64,000 nucleotides of DNA from a bacterium (GCA_037130265.1 JBAXTI010000001.1:171086-235085); one strand, 5' to 3'; positions 19,101 through 28,766 are shown, counted from the first letter of the stretch. The notes: generated by a model not told the origin, from the sequence alone. Translations and numbers: made by a program.

Positions 19101-19787
19101 ATGGAAAACACACAAAGCATTTCACGACGTTCATTGGTCATTATTGGCGTATTTGTTCTGGTCATCCTCGCTCTCGGCTTTTATTACAAGAGCAACATCA
19201 TGCAGAAGTTCTCGATTGGCGAGACTGCGGTGGTGGCGGAAGTGAGTGACAATTCTCCGATCGCTTTCTACAAGAACCCAGCGTACGGCTATCAGTTTAG
19301 CTATGAGAAGGCAACCTTTGCTCTAGTTCAGGCTCAGCTAGTTCCTCCAGGTTCAAAAACAGCGGTTGCTGGAGTAAAATTGATCCCTGCTGACCGAACT
19401 TCTTCTCTTGGAAAGTCTGGTTGTACATACGGAGGATCTGGCAAGCAGACTACTTGTAATGCTGACATGGAAAACGGCCTCTTCTTCGGCATTGTAAAGG
19501 CTGATCTTGAGACTGCTCTTTCTACTGTTGATAATCCTAGCCTTTTGAGGGCGGTCGCGATCAATGATGTTGATGTGTACCAGTATTCTATCGGTGCTGA
19601 GGGTGACGGTATTGATTACTATTTCTGGCCAATAACAGACGACACGACTTTGGTTATTGGACGAAAGTACACAGGAGTTTCTGTGCCGACCAACTTTGAC
19701 ACCATGCTTCTCTTGAATGCCATGACCTTCCCTGGAATGGTGAAGAACAGTCAGGCTGACGAAAGCGCTCACGCTTCAAAGAAATAA
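19101..19787 (+). CDS. hypothetical secreted/membrane-anchored protein
   Basis: N-terminal TM (LVIIGVFVLVILALGFYY). No motif. Confidence 0.4.
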   Translation: MENTQSISRRSLVIIGVFVLVILALGFYYKSNIMQKFSIGETAVVAEVSDNSPIAFYKNPAYGYQFSYEKATFALVQAQLVPPGSKTAVAGVKLIPADRTSSLGKSGCTYGGSGKQTTCNADMENGLFFGIVKADLETALSTVDNPSLLRAVAINDVDVYQYSIGAEGDGIDYYFWPITDDTTLVIGRKYTGVSVPTNFDTMLLLNAMTFPGMVKNSQADESAHASKK

Positions 19788-19810
19788 TTCAAACATAATT
19801 TTCCAATCTT

Positions 19811-20365
19811 ATGAAAAAAATCCTCATTACCCTCGCAGTCCTTGTCGTCCTTGCGGCGCTCTATGGCGTGTCGGTGTACAACGGTGTTGTTACTCAGGGT
19901 CAGGCGGTGGACTCTCAGTTGGCAAAGGTAGAATCTTCACTTCAGCGACGCTTTGATCTTATTCCGAACCTCGTGAATTCTGTGAAGGGTACGTTGAAGC
20001 AGGAGCAGGCGATCTTTACCGCGCTCGCTGAGGCTCGCACCAAGTATGCCGGAGCGACCACCTTGGCAGACAAGGCAGCTGCTTCTGCGCAGATGGAGAG
20101 TGGACTTGGTCGGTTGATCGCTATTGTCGAAAACTACCCAGTCTTGAAGTCTTCTGAAGCAGTCCAAACCCTCATGACTCAGTTGGAGGGTACAGAAAAT
20201 CGAATCAACACTGAACGCGGCCGATACAATGAAATGGTGCAGGGATACAATGTGCTCGTGATGCGTTTCCCAGGTTCGATGTTTGCGAAGATGTACGGCT
20301 TCAGCGCGAAAGAGTATTTCCAAGCAGACAAGGCAGCCGCTGTAGTGCCGGCAGTTAATCTTTAG
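19811..20365 (+). CDS. LemA family protein
   Basis: N-terminal TM followed by the LemA pattern (QAVDSQLAKVESSLQRRFDLIPNLV ... ENYP). Confidence 0.75.
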   Translation: MKKILITLAVLVVLAALYGVSVYNGVVTQGQAVDSQLAKVESSLQRRFDLIPNLVNSVKGTLKQEQAIFTALAEARTKYAGATTLADKAAASAQMESGLGRLIAIVENYPVLKSSEAVQTLMTQLEGTENRINTERGRYNEMVQGYNVLVMRFPGSMFAKMYGFSAKEYFQADKAAAVVPAVNL

Positions 20366-20372
20366 TCAACAG

Positions 20373-21257
20373 ATGCAAAAGATGCGCGCTTTTCGAGGCG
20401 GCATTGTAGCGGCAATACTCTTCTTGCCGCTTTTTGCTTTGGCATACAAGAGCCCGGGTCAGCCGAATGGCTTTGTGAATGATTTTGCGAAGATACTCAC
20501 GGCCAATCAAGTGCTCGAATTGAACAAGGACTTGGCAGCATTTTCGTTGCAAGGTGAACAGAATGAAATCTCTGTGGTGACGGTGCCGACGCTCGGTGGC
20601 GATGATGTCGAAAGCTACTCTGCGAATCTGTTCAAAGAGTGGGGGATCGGCAAGGCTGAGAAGGATAACGGAGTTCTTCTTTTGATCGCGGTGGAGGATC
20701 GCAAGATGCGCATCGAAGTTGGATATGGTGCGGAGGCTTTACTTACCGATGCGCAAAGTGGAGCGATCGTTCGCAATATTTTGACACCCGCTTTTCGTTC
20801 TGGAGACTTCTATGGAGGTATTAACAAGGCCGTGCAGGAAATCGCCCGCGCGCTGAGTGGGGATGCGTCATCTGCTGTGCCGGAAGAGTCCCCGCGTTTT
20901 GCATTTTCACTGGAAAATATTCTTGGTTTCGGAGTATTTGTTGCTGTTTTTCTGGCAAGTATTCTCGGTGCCTCAAAATCTTGGTGGCTCGGCGGCGTGC
21001 TCGGTGCCATTGTCGGAGGAGTGATCACGTTTTTCGTCGGCTTCTTTTATTTCGGGTTGATCTCTATCGCAGTACTTGTGCCGCTCGGCCTCCTCTTTGA
21101 TTTCCTGGTTTCCCGCTCATATCAAAAGTCCATGTTGGCCACTGGCCTGCCTCCAGTGTGGCTCGGCGGTGGACGAGGTGGTTCTGGCGGGTCCGGCGGC
21201 TTCGGAGGATTTGGTGGTGGCGGATCGGGAGGTGGTGGGTCGAGTGGGAGTTGGTAG
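20373..21257 (+). CDS. TPM-domain protein (YgcG-like) with Gly-rich C-terminal tail
   Basis: GFVNDFAKILT ... LLLIAVEDRKMRIEVGYG TPM/YgcG pattern. C-terminal TM helices and GGSGG repeats. Classic partner of LemA. Confidence 0.7.
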   Translation: MQKMRAFRGGIVAAILFLPLFALAYKSPGQPNGFVNDFAKILTANQVLELNKDLAAFSLQGEQNEISVVTVPTLGGDDVESYSANLFKEWGIGKAEKDNGVLLLIAVEDRKMRIEVGYGAEALLTDAQSGAIVRNILTPAFRSGDFYGGINKAVQEIARALSGDASSAVPEESPRFAFSLENILGFGVFVAVFLASILGASKSWWLGGVLGAIVGGVITFFVGFFYFGLISIAVLVPLGLLFDFLVSRSYQKSMLATGLPPVWLGGGRGGSGGSGGFGGFGGGGSGGGGSSGSW

Positions 21258-21405
21258 CTGGGAATTCGAGGGAAAATGTTTGGATGCGGTAATTTCTCGC
21301 TAGAAATTTCCTAGTCCTCGACGACTACTCGTCTGCGGATATCCAAATATTTTTCCTCGAATTCCTTGTTCTGTGGTACTATCTTTTTGATAAGTAAATA
21401 AGATT

Positions 21406-21492
21406 GGAAAGATGCCAGAGCGGTCGAATGGGCAACCCTGGAAAGGTTGTATATCCGAAAGGGTATCGAGGGTTCGAATCCCTCTCTTTCCG
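21406..21492 (+). tRNA. tRNA-Ser (anticodon GGA), long variable arm, CCA not encoded
   Basis: Acceptor GGAAAGA/TCTTTCC, anticodon stem CAACC/GGTTG with loop CTGGAAA, variable arm ATATCC-GAAA-GGGTAT, T-arm GAGGG-TTCGAAT-CCCTC. Confidence 0.6.
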
Positions 21493-21557
21493 CAGTGAGC
21501 GGAGCGAACGTAGGAAAGAAGCAGGCATTTTAATGCCTGCGTGAGGGATTCGAAAAG
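21490..21557 (+). repeat. 68-nt direct repeat, copy 1 (starts in last 3 nt of tRNA-Ser; contains GCAGGCAT-TTTA-ATGCCTGC hairpin and tRNA-Ser 5' acceptor-like GGAAAGA)
   Basis: Matches 22665-22732 with one mismatch by direct reading. Confidence 0.7.
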
Positions 21558-21625
21558 TCTGAGCCTATCGCGCGGAGCGTAGCGAGCACGATGCGAAGAC
21601 TGTACCGAAGCTGTAAGCTTCGAAT

Positions 21626-21650
21626 CCCTCTCTTTCCGCCAGAAAACGAA
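21626..21650 (+). other. 3' fragment of tRNA-Ser (CTTCGAATCCCTCTCTTTCCGCCA, with CCA)
   Basis: 24-nt match to the T-loop/acceptor 3' end of tRNA-Ser(GGA) 135 nt downstream of the intact gene. The T-stem 5' partner is absent, so non-functional. Confidence 0.6.
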
Positions 21651-21844
21651 ATCGGATTTTTGAGCTGAAATTGGGTCGCGCCGAAGGCGCGACACTAATG
21701 CATTCCCCCCCCCGCCGAATTCAGAATCCAAAAGGGTTTTCCACGCTCCGCGTGGCTCAAAAAGTAGTGTTCGATCCAAAATTTTAAAGTTCGCGCAAAG
21801 TGTATAATTACAGCACAAGTTATATTAAATAATTAAATAAAAAT

Positions 21845-22168
21845 ATGGATCTATCAAATAAAAAATGCATACCTTGTGAAGTAGGTGGGGTTGCTTTTAA
21901 ACCAGAAGAAGTTGTAATATTTTCTCGTGATCTTTTAAATTGGGAAGTTTTAGAAAATAAGAAGCTTGTTAGAAAATTTAAATTTAAAGATTTTAAAGAG
22001 TCAATAACTTTTGTAAATAAAGTGGCAGAAATTGCGGAAAAAGAAGGACATCACCCAGATATTGGTATAAATTACAATGAAGTAAATATTGAATTAACTA
22101 CTCATGCGGTCAGAGGACTTACAGAGAATGATTTTATTTTGGCGAGTAAAATAGAAGAGATCATTTAA
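21845..22168 (+). CDS. pterin-4-alpha-carbinolamine dehydratase (PCD/DCoH)-like, AT-rich foreign gene
   Basis: EGHHPD signature ([EQ]xHHP). Coding GC visibly about 30% versus about 50% in flanks. Confidence 0.65.
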   Translation: MDLSNKKCIPCEVGGVAFKPEEVVIFSRDLLNWEVLENKKLVRKFKFKDFKESITFVNKVAEIAEKEGHHPDIGINYNEVNIELTTHAVRGLTENDFILASKIEEII

Positions 22169-22664
22169 TGTGTTTTGTCTTATTTAATAAAAACCTATAC
22201 TTTTTCTCAATTTAATCTCGCCCGAATTCCCCGCAACAAAAAGAGGAGCAAATGGAAAATTCCTCCCCCAACCCCTCCTTTTCCATTTGGGACTTCCGAA
22301 CTCAAAAACAAATGAGCCGAAGTTTTGGCGAATCCTCTTCTTACAGAAGCTGTACACCTTTCACATTTTTGAGTACAAAATGCTCAAGGTCTTGCGAAAG
22401 TGTCCCACACTTTCTCACCCCAAAAAATAGTTTTGCCAAAACTTCGTCCGCATTGTTCCGTCACTTGCCCGAATACTTGGAGGGCAGAACCCCGAAAGAA
22501 AAACACCCTTTCCTTTTTCAAAAGAAATTTCACCCCTGCCAAATCAGAAATGCAAGGAGTGTTTTTCTTTCGGGGTTGCCGAGGCTTTGCGAGGCAGTGG
22601 CGGGACGATTCATTCATCACTGTGATTTTGCTCGAAATACATTCGAACTTTGTCCAGAACACAC

Positions 22665-22732
22665 CGCAGTGAGCGGAGCGGACGTAGGAAAGAAGCAGGC
22701 ATTTTAATGCCTGCGTGAGGGATTCGAAAAGG
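22665..22732 (+). repeat. 68-nt direct repeat, copy 2
   Basis: See copy 1. Bounds a roughly 1.1-kb segment with copy 1. Confidence 0.7.
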
Positions 22733-22839
22733 TTCTCCCATATTTTCGAGAAGCGAGCTCGCGAGCTTCGAGAAAATGGGAAACCTGTACTGGTCCTGTA
22801 AGGACCGAATCTCTGTCGAAAATTTGGTACAATAACAGT

Positions 22840-23460
22840 ATGAAAATTTTCCTTATCATCGTTGCGATAATCGTGCTCTGGTCAATCTGGGGGTATTACT
22901 CCTCAAATGTTGAGCAGGCGGTGTATTCGGTGATGAAAAAAGCCGATGGATACGAAATACGTGAATACCCAGCGCATATCGCAGCGCAAACGACGGTTGA
23001 GGGTTCGTACGACGACGCTCTGAATGAGGGGTTCGGTATCATTGCGGGATACATTTTTGGTGGGAATAGTAAGAAGCAAGGTATCTCCATGACGGCACCC
23101 GTAACAGCACAAGAGTCTGTGTCTGAGAAAATCGCGATGACGGCTCCAGTGGTTGCGAGCACCGAAGGAGGCTCACGTGTCATTTCTTTTGTTATGCCAA
23201 AATCCTATACACTTGAGTCATTGCCTGTCCCGAATGATTCGAGGGTGAAGCTCGTGCAAGTGCCGGAAAAAAAGATGGCCGCGCTTCGTTTTTCTTGGAC
23301 ACGAAACAGTGGTCGAGTACAGAAGATGGAAGATCAACTACTCGCAATGCTTTCTCGCGATAAAGTCGAGGTGGTCGGTGCTCCGGCCTACGCTGGCTAC
23401 AATGCTCCCTGGACACCGCCATGGATGACTCGAAATGAGGTGTTGGTGGAAATAAAGTAA
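22840..23460 (+). CDS. SOUL heme-binding family protein
   Basis: About 200 aa with N-terminal anchor. Overall similarity to SOUL/HBP family (from memory). Confidence 0.5.
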   Translation: MKIFLIIVAIIVLWSIWGYYSSNVEQAVYSVMKKADGYEIREYPAHIAAQTTVEGSYDDALNEGFGIIAGYIFGGNSKKQGISMTAPVTAQESVSEKIAMTAPVVASTEGGSRVISFVMPKSYTLESLPVPNDSRVKLVQVPEKKMAALRFSWTRNSGRVQKMEDQLLAMLSRDKVEVVGAPAYAGYNAPWTPPWMTRNEVLVEIK

Positions 23461-23476
23461 CTGTCTATTTCTAGAC

Positions 23477-23857
23477 ATGAAACGAAACGTATTTGCAATC
23501 GTTGGCACACTCGCTTTGTTACTTTTCGGATATTACGTTATTGTGCCACGCTTCTTGCATCAAAGTACTTCCCAAACAGCGAGTTCGTCATTGGAGGAGA
23601 TTACTCTTTCTGGCACTTACACATGTTTACCACTCTTAGATAAGACCAAGGTGCGTGAAGGTGAGTGTGTCTTCGGCATGCGAACAGAGGATGGGGAGTA
23701 CTACATGGTAAATTTCGGCGCCTCCGCTTCCGCAATGGCAGAATTTCAGAATCGTGCACACATCACTGCTAAGGGCTTTGTGAATTTGAAGGAAACTCTG
23801 AATACTGATCAGTGGGCGCCCTATGATATGAAAGGGGTGTTTACGATCACGGAGTGA
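23477..23857 (+). CDS. hypothetical secreted protein
   Basis: N-terminal TM/signal. 126 aa. Confidence 0.4.
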   Translation: MKRNVFAIVGTLALLLFGYYVIVPRFLHQSTSQTASSSLEEITLSGTYTCLPLLDKTKVREGECVFGMRTEDGEYYMVNFGASASAMAEFQNRAHITAKGFVNLKETLNTDQWAPYDMKGVFTITE

Positions 23858-23926
23858 CCTGTTGTTTTGTGGGATGTGAATAGTCGTAAATTTTGATAAA
23901 ATAGATTCCCCTCCTCGAGGTATCCT

Positions 23927-25654
23927 ATGGATTCAAAAAAGCTGCAAAGCCCCACCCAACCCAGCCTCTTCGCCCTTTTGAAGCCCTACAAGCTGCTCAT
24001 TGGCTGGCTTGTGGTGCTCGCCCTCGGCAGTAACGGCCTTACGCTCTGGCTTCCGCGCCTTCTCTCGCACGGTATCGACGGCTACTTCGCCAAGGGTTCG
24101 CTCGACACTATTCTCTGGCAGTTTGGCATCGCCTCGGTAGCCATTTTCATCCTGACCTACCTCCAGAATATCGTCCAGACCTATGCCTCCGAGCGTGTTG
24201 CTCGTGATCTGCGCAATGAACTCTCCGACAAAATCTCCACCCACAGCTTTGCCGAAGTGCAGCTCGCGACCCCTGCTAAGCTCCTCACCAACCTCACTTC
24301 CGATATCGATTCCGTGAAGGGCTTTGTCGCGCAGGCCGTGTCCAACGTTATCTCCTCAGTCTTTCTCATTATTGGCGGTAGTATTTTGCTCATTTCGATC
24401 AACTGGAAGCTCGGCCTTTCGGTGCTCATCGTCCTGCCGATCATCGGGGAAACTTTTGCGGTGATCCTCGGCAAGGTGCGTAAACTATTTATTCAATCTC
24501 GCGAGGTCATCGACTGGCTCAACAAGGTCATCAACGAAAGCATCCTCGGCGCGGCACTCATTCGAGTGGTCAATTCGCAGAGTTCGGAGCACGACAAATT
24601 CGTCGAAGCCAACACCAAGGCCAAGAATGTCGGCGTCGGCATCCTCAAGCTCTTTTCGGCGATGATCCCCATCGTCACCTTCGCTTCCAATCTCGCGATC
24701 CTGATTATCCTCGTGCTCGGCGGAAAATTTATCATTGGTGGTGTCATGACCCTCGGAGAATTCGCGTCGTTCAACAGCTACCTCACTATTCTCATTTTCC
24801 CAATCTTCATTTTGGGCTTTGTGAGCAACATTATCGCTCAAGCGCAGGCTTCCTATGGCCGAATCCACACGGTACTCGCCATGCCGAAGCCGAGAGACGA
24901 CGGCACTGTGACCGCGCCGCTCAAGGGTGCGATCGAGGTCGAGAAGGTGAGCTTGTTGTTTGGCGAAAAGGCCGCTCTAAAGAATATTTCGCTGCGTATC
25001 CAGCCGGGGAGCAAGGTGGCAATCATTGGTCCGACGGCAGCGGGGAAAACGCAGCTCATGAGTCTGCTCATTGGTCTCATCCAGCCCACCTCCGGCGATA
25101 TCAAATACGACGGCATTGCTCTGCCGGCATACCGCCGTGAGCAGCTCTACAAACAGGTCGGGCTCGTCTTCCAGGACAGCATCATTTTCAATATTAGCTT
25201 GAGAGAAAACATTGCATTTAACACCGAGGTCACCAAGGAGGCGATGCAGAAGGCTATCGACACGGCGGAGCTAGCGGACTTCATTAAGACGCTGCCGAAC
25301 GGCCTCGAGCAATTGGTTTCCGAGCGCGGCACCAGCTTGTCCGGCGGACAGAAGCAACGCATCATGCTCGCTCGTGCTTTGGCGATCGATCCAAAGGTGC
25401 TCTTGCTGGATGATTTCACTGCGCGTGTCGACGCCAATACCGAGAAGAAGATCTTGGAGAATGTCTCGAAGAATTACCCAGGCCTCACTCTGGTGTCGGT
25501 GACGCAGAAAATCGCTTCGGTCGAAAGCTACGACCAGATCGTGGTGCTTATGGAAGGCGAAGTGGTCGCTTCTGGTACACATGCCGAACTCATGGCTACC
25601 TCACCTGAGTACGTGCAGATTTACCAATCACAGCAGAGCACCAACGCCCTATGA
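23927..25654 (+). CDS. ABC exporter, fused permease-ATPase (subunit 1 of heterodimer)
   Basis: Six TM helices followed by an NBD with Walker A GPTAAGKT, signature LSGGQKQR, Walker B LLLDD. Confidence 0.8.
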   Translation: MDSKKLQSPTQPSLFALLKPYKLLIGWLVVLALGSNGLTLWLPRLLSHGIDGYFAKGSLDTILWQFGIASVAIFILTYLQNIVQTYASERVARDLRNELSDKISTHSFAEVQLATPAKLLTNLTSDIDSVKGFVAQAVSNVISSVFLIIGGSILLISINWKLGLSVLIVLPIIGETFAVILGKVRKLFIQSREVIDWLNKVINESILGAALIRVVNSQSSEHDKFVEANTKAKNVGVGILKLFSAMIPIVTFASNLAILIILVLGGKFIIGGVMTLGEFASFNSYLTILIFPIFILGFVSNIIAQAQASYGRIHTVLAMPKPRDDGTVTAPLKGAIEVEKVSLLFGEKAALKNISLRIQPGSKVAIIGPTAAGKTQLMSLLIGLIQPTSGDIKYDGIALPAYRREQLYKQVGLVFQDSIIFNISLRENIAFNTEVTKEAMQKAIDTAELADFIKTLPNGLEQLVSERGTSLSGGQKQRIMLARALAIDPKVLLLDDFTARVDANTEKKILENVSKNYPGLTLVSVTQKIASVESYDQIVVLMEGEVVASGTHAELMATSPEYVQIYQSQQSTNAL

Positions 25655-27423
25655 AATACGACCTAAACAAAATCAGCGACGGCAAGAAAACATCCAATTG
25701 GCAGGCGGCCAAGAAGATGTTGCCGTTGCTTGCGGAGGAAAGGACTATCATTACTGTCGCGCTCATCGCGGTGGTCGTGAATTCTGGCCTCAGCCTCACG
25801 GCACCTCGCCTCATTGCTCATGCCGTAGACACATTCATCGTGAGCGGGGACTATCACGGCGTACTCGTGTATTCCGGCTACATTCTCATTATCTTTTTGT
25901 TCGGCCTCGTCACCAGCTATACGCAGATTCGCCTCATGGGTGGCGTGGGGCAGCGCGTGCTGTATCGTCTACGCAATCAGATCTTTGAGAAGCTCCAATC
26001 TTTGCCGATCGTCTTTTTCAATCAAAACAAAGCTGGCGACTTGATCTCCAGAATCAACAACGACACGGACAAGATTAATCAATTCTTCTCGCAATCGTTA
26101 GTACAATTTTTTGCCAACATCTTTTTGATGGCCGGTGCCGCAGTCTTTCTGGTGAGCCTCAATCTCAAGCTCGGAGCTGCAACCCTTGCACCTGCGGTCG
26201 TCTTGCTCGTGTTCACGCTCACACTGTCACCTTGGGTGAAGCGCAAGAATCTCGGCAGCGCTCAATCGCTCGGCGGCATGAGTTCGGAGATCCAGGAGAG
26301 TCTCAACAATTTCAAGGTTATTATCGCTTTCAATCGCCGCGACTATTTTAAGAAGCGTTTTCAGGAGGTGAATGACCGCAATTACGATTCGGCGGTGGGC
26401 GCCGGTGTGGCCAACAACACCTTCGTGCCTATCTACGGCCTCGCTTCCAACATTGGCCAACTTATCGTGCTCGCCTACGGTATCTCGCTCATCGCGTCGG
26501 GGCAGTTTACTGTCGGTCTACTCATCGGCTTTCTCTCATATGCCAACAACTTCTATAACCCGCTCCGCCAGCTTGCCGCTCTGTGGGCCAACTTCCAGAC
26601 CGCCATGGCCAGCTGGGATCGCGTGCATGAGATCTTGGTGATTAAGAACGATCTGCTTGTGTTGGAGGATATCGAAGCTAGCGCGAAAGGTACAAAGAAA
26701 ACAGAAACAATACTCGAATTCAAAGATGTGAGTTTTACCTATCCCGATGGCAAAGAAGTACTCCATCACATCAATCTCGATCTCAAGAAAGGGAAGACCT
26801 ACGCGCTCGTCGGCCCGACCGGCGGCGGCAAGACCACTACAGCGTCGCTGATGGCGCGATTGTATGATCCGACCACCGGCAGCGTCTTTTTGGACAGTAG
26901 AGATATTCGTGGTTACTCGGCCGAGGAGCGCGCCAAGAAGATCGGCTTCATTTTGCAGGAGCCGGTGCTGTTTACCGGCACAGTGAAGGAGAATATTTTG
27001 TACGGCAATCCCGTCTATGCTTCCCACACCAATGAACAGTTGAAGCAGGTCATCCACGAGGCCGGCCTGGAGCGATTGTTGCAGCGTTTTGATCAGGGCT
27101 TGGAAACCAAGCTCACGGCGAGCGGGGATGCTGTCAGTCTCGGCCAGAAGCAGCTTATTGCCTTTATTCGTGCGGTGCTCCGCAATCCGGAGTTGCTCAT
27201 CCTGGATGAGGCGACGGCGAACATCGACACCGTCACCGAGCAGCTGCTCGAGGATATTTTGCGTAATCTGCCGGCTCACACGACTCGAGTGATTATTGCG
27301 CATCGCCTGAATACGATCCAGAATGCAGATGAAATCTTCTTTGTAAATGCCGGCGAGGTCGTCCGAGCCGGCTCGATGGATCACGCACTGGAAATGTTGC
27401 TGCATCGCAACAGGAATAGTTAG
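25651..27423 (+). CDS. ABC exporter, fused permease-ATPase (subunit 2)
   Basis: TMD plus NBD (GPTGGGKTT, SLGQKQL, LILDEATANID). ATGA 4-nt overlap with subunit 1. Confidence 0.8.
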   Translation: MKYDLNKISDGKKTSNWQAAKKMLPLLAEERTIITVALIAVVVNSGLSLTAPRLIAHAVDTFIVSGDYHGVLVYSGYILIIFLFGLVTSYTQIRLMGGVGQRVLYRLRNQIFEKLQSLPIVFFNQNKAGDLISRINNDTDKINQFFSQSLVQFFANIFLMAGAAVFLVSLNLKLGAATLAPAVVLLVFTLTLSPWVKRKNLGSAQSLGGMSSEIQESLNNFKVIIAFNRRDYFKKRFQEVNDRNYDSAVGAGVANNTFVPIYGLASNIGQLIVLAYGISLIASGQFTVGLLIGFLSYANNFYNPLRQLAALWANFQTAMASWDRVHEILVIKNDLLVLEDIEASAKGTKKTETILEFKDVSFTYPDGKEVLHHINLDLKKGKTYALVGPTGGGKTTTASLMARLYDPTTGSVFLDSRDIRGYSAEERAKKIGFILQEPVLFTGTVKENILYGNPVYASHTNEQLKQVIHEAGLERLLQRFDQGLETKLTASGDAVSLGQKQLIAFIRAVLRNPELLILDEATANIDTVTEQLLEDILRNLPAHTTRVIIAHRLNTIQNADEIFFVNAGEVVRAGSMDHALEMLLHRNRNS

Positions 27424-27446
27424 GGTTCTTGGTGTAGCGGCGGAAA

Positions 27447-27522
27447 TAAAATTTTCTTTATCGGAAATTAGTGAAAAATTGAACCTTTCTTAGCAGTTTC
27501 TCTATCGGTGTTTTTGTATGCT
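27447..27522 (+). promoter_or_regulatory. Conserved upstream module, copy 2
   Basis: AATTTTC-6-GGAAATT palindrome. Phased TTTCTTAG (27486) and TTTCTCTA (27497). -10-like TATGCT. Confidence 0.5.
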
Positions 27523-27551
27523 GTGTGTATTACTCAATAAGTACACATTAT

Positions 27552-28766
27552 ATGAATACACACGCATCCACCACAGTATTTTTCCGCGGTTTTTCAGTCG
27601 CAGTTGTCACTCTCGGTCTCATCTTTGGTCTCGTTGGTCCGCAGACGGCGCAAACGGCCCAGGCGATGGGTGGTTTGGAGGATTTTGTCGCCAAGCCGGA
27701 TATTAAATCATACGGCTCAGTGAGCGCCGCTCCCAAGGGTCTCACTCCCGATCAGGTGAAGCGTATTTATCATCTCTTTGAACGAGTTCCGTTGGTTTCG
27801 GCCTCCAGCACGGCGGGCGCCCTCTTAGCGAATGCCGCGTCCACGACCAAAAAGACCCTCGCCATCATCACGGCATACGACAATCCCACCATTGAGCAGG
27901 ATCTCGCTGTTTTCAGTGGACAGTTCTCACTACCAGCTTGTACTACAAATAACGCATGTTTCGAGAAACATTTGATGGATCCAAAAGGAAAGCCGAATAC
28001 CTCCTGGGCTCTCGAGAGTGCACTCGATGTCGAGTGGTCTCACGCGATTGCGCCGAAAGCAAAAATCCTCCTCGTTGTTGCCAAGTCGGCGAAAGGGAAG
28101 GATTTGCTTGAGGCGGTAGACTACGCGCGCAACCGAAAAGATGTTCAGGCGGTCTCTATGAGCTGGGGTGGTAAAGAATTCCCCGATCAAATTCATTTGG
28201 AAGATCACTTCACCTCGAAGTACGGTGCAACGTTCTTTGCCTCCTCGGGCGATAGCGGTAACGGAGTGAGTTGGCCTGCTGCATCGCCGAATATTGTCTC
28301 AGTCGGCGGTACAACACTCAATCTAAAGAAGGACGGTAGCATGCTCTCAGAAAAAGCCTGGTCGGGGAGTGGGGGAGGTGTGAGCAAGTATTCCATTCAG
28401 CCGAATTTTCAAGCAGATTATGTGATCCCGAAAGCCAACGGCAAGCGTGCCGTGCCAGACGTAGCTTTCGCGGCCGATCCAAAGACGGGTTTCTCGGTAT
28501 TTTCCACTTCCGCCGGTCCGAAAAAGAGTGGTTGGCACGTGCTCGGCGGAACGAGTGCCGGTGCACCGGCTTGGGCGGCGATTAAATTGATTGGCAGCAA
28601 TGTCTCGCACGAGTTTTTCTACAAAGCAAAAGCCTCTGAAAAGAACGCGGACTACTTTAGAGACATTGTGAGTGGAAAAAATGGCGACTGTACCTTTTAT
28701 TGTTCCGCTCGCAAGCATTACGACTTTGTCACGGGGCTCGGCTCGCCGCTCGCAACGCACTTTTGA
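27552..28766 (+). CDS. S53 (sedolisin)-family serine peptidase, secreted
   Basis: SGDSG and GGTSAGAP (serine nucleophile GTSxxxP) motifs. Signal peptide ending AQA. Start at ATG 27552 (GTG 27525 also possible). Confidence 0.55.
   Translation: MNTHASTTVFFRGFSVAVVTLGLIFGLVGPQTAQTAQAMGGLEDFVAKPDIKSYGSVSAAPKGLTPDQVKRIYHLFERVPLVSASSTAGALLANAASTTKKTLAIITAYDNPTIEQDLAVFSGQFSLPACTTNNACFEKHLMDPKGKPNTSWALESALDVEWSHAIAPKAKILLVVAKSAKGKDLLEAVDYARNRKDVQAVSMSWGGKEFPDQIHLEDHFTSKYGATFFASSGDSGNGVSWPAASPNIVSVGGTTLNLKKDGSMLSEKAWSGSGGGVSKYSIQPNFQADYVIPKANGKRAVPDVAFAADPKTGFSVFSTSAGPKKSGWHVLGGTSAGAPAWAAIKLIGSNVSHEFFYKAKASEKNADYFRDIVSGKNGDCTFYCSARKHYDFVTGLGSPLATHF

Noticed and set aside
21170-21257. Glycine-codon-rich repetitive DNA
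   Set aside because: It encodes the GGSGG-type C-terminal tail of the TPM protein. It is coding low complexity, not a repeat element or CRISPR.
21300-21818. 172-aa minus-strand ORF
   Set aside because: It spans tRNA-Ser(GGA), the direct repeat and tRNA fragments. Its translation is low-complexity. It is an ORF-finder artefact.
22252-22707. 151-aa plus-strand ORF (MENSSPNPSF...)
   Set aside because: Proline/serine-rich nonsense-like translation. The region contains a 19-bp perfect inverted repeat and runs into the direct repeat. Treated as non-coding.
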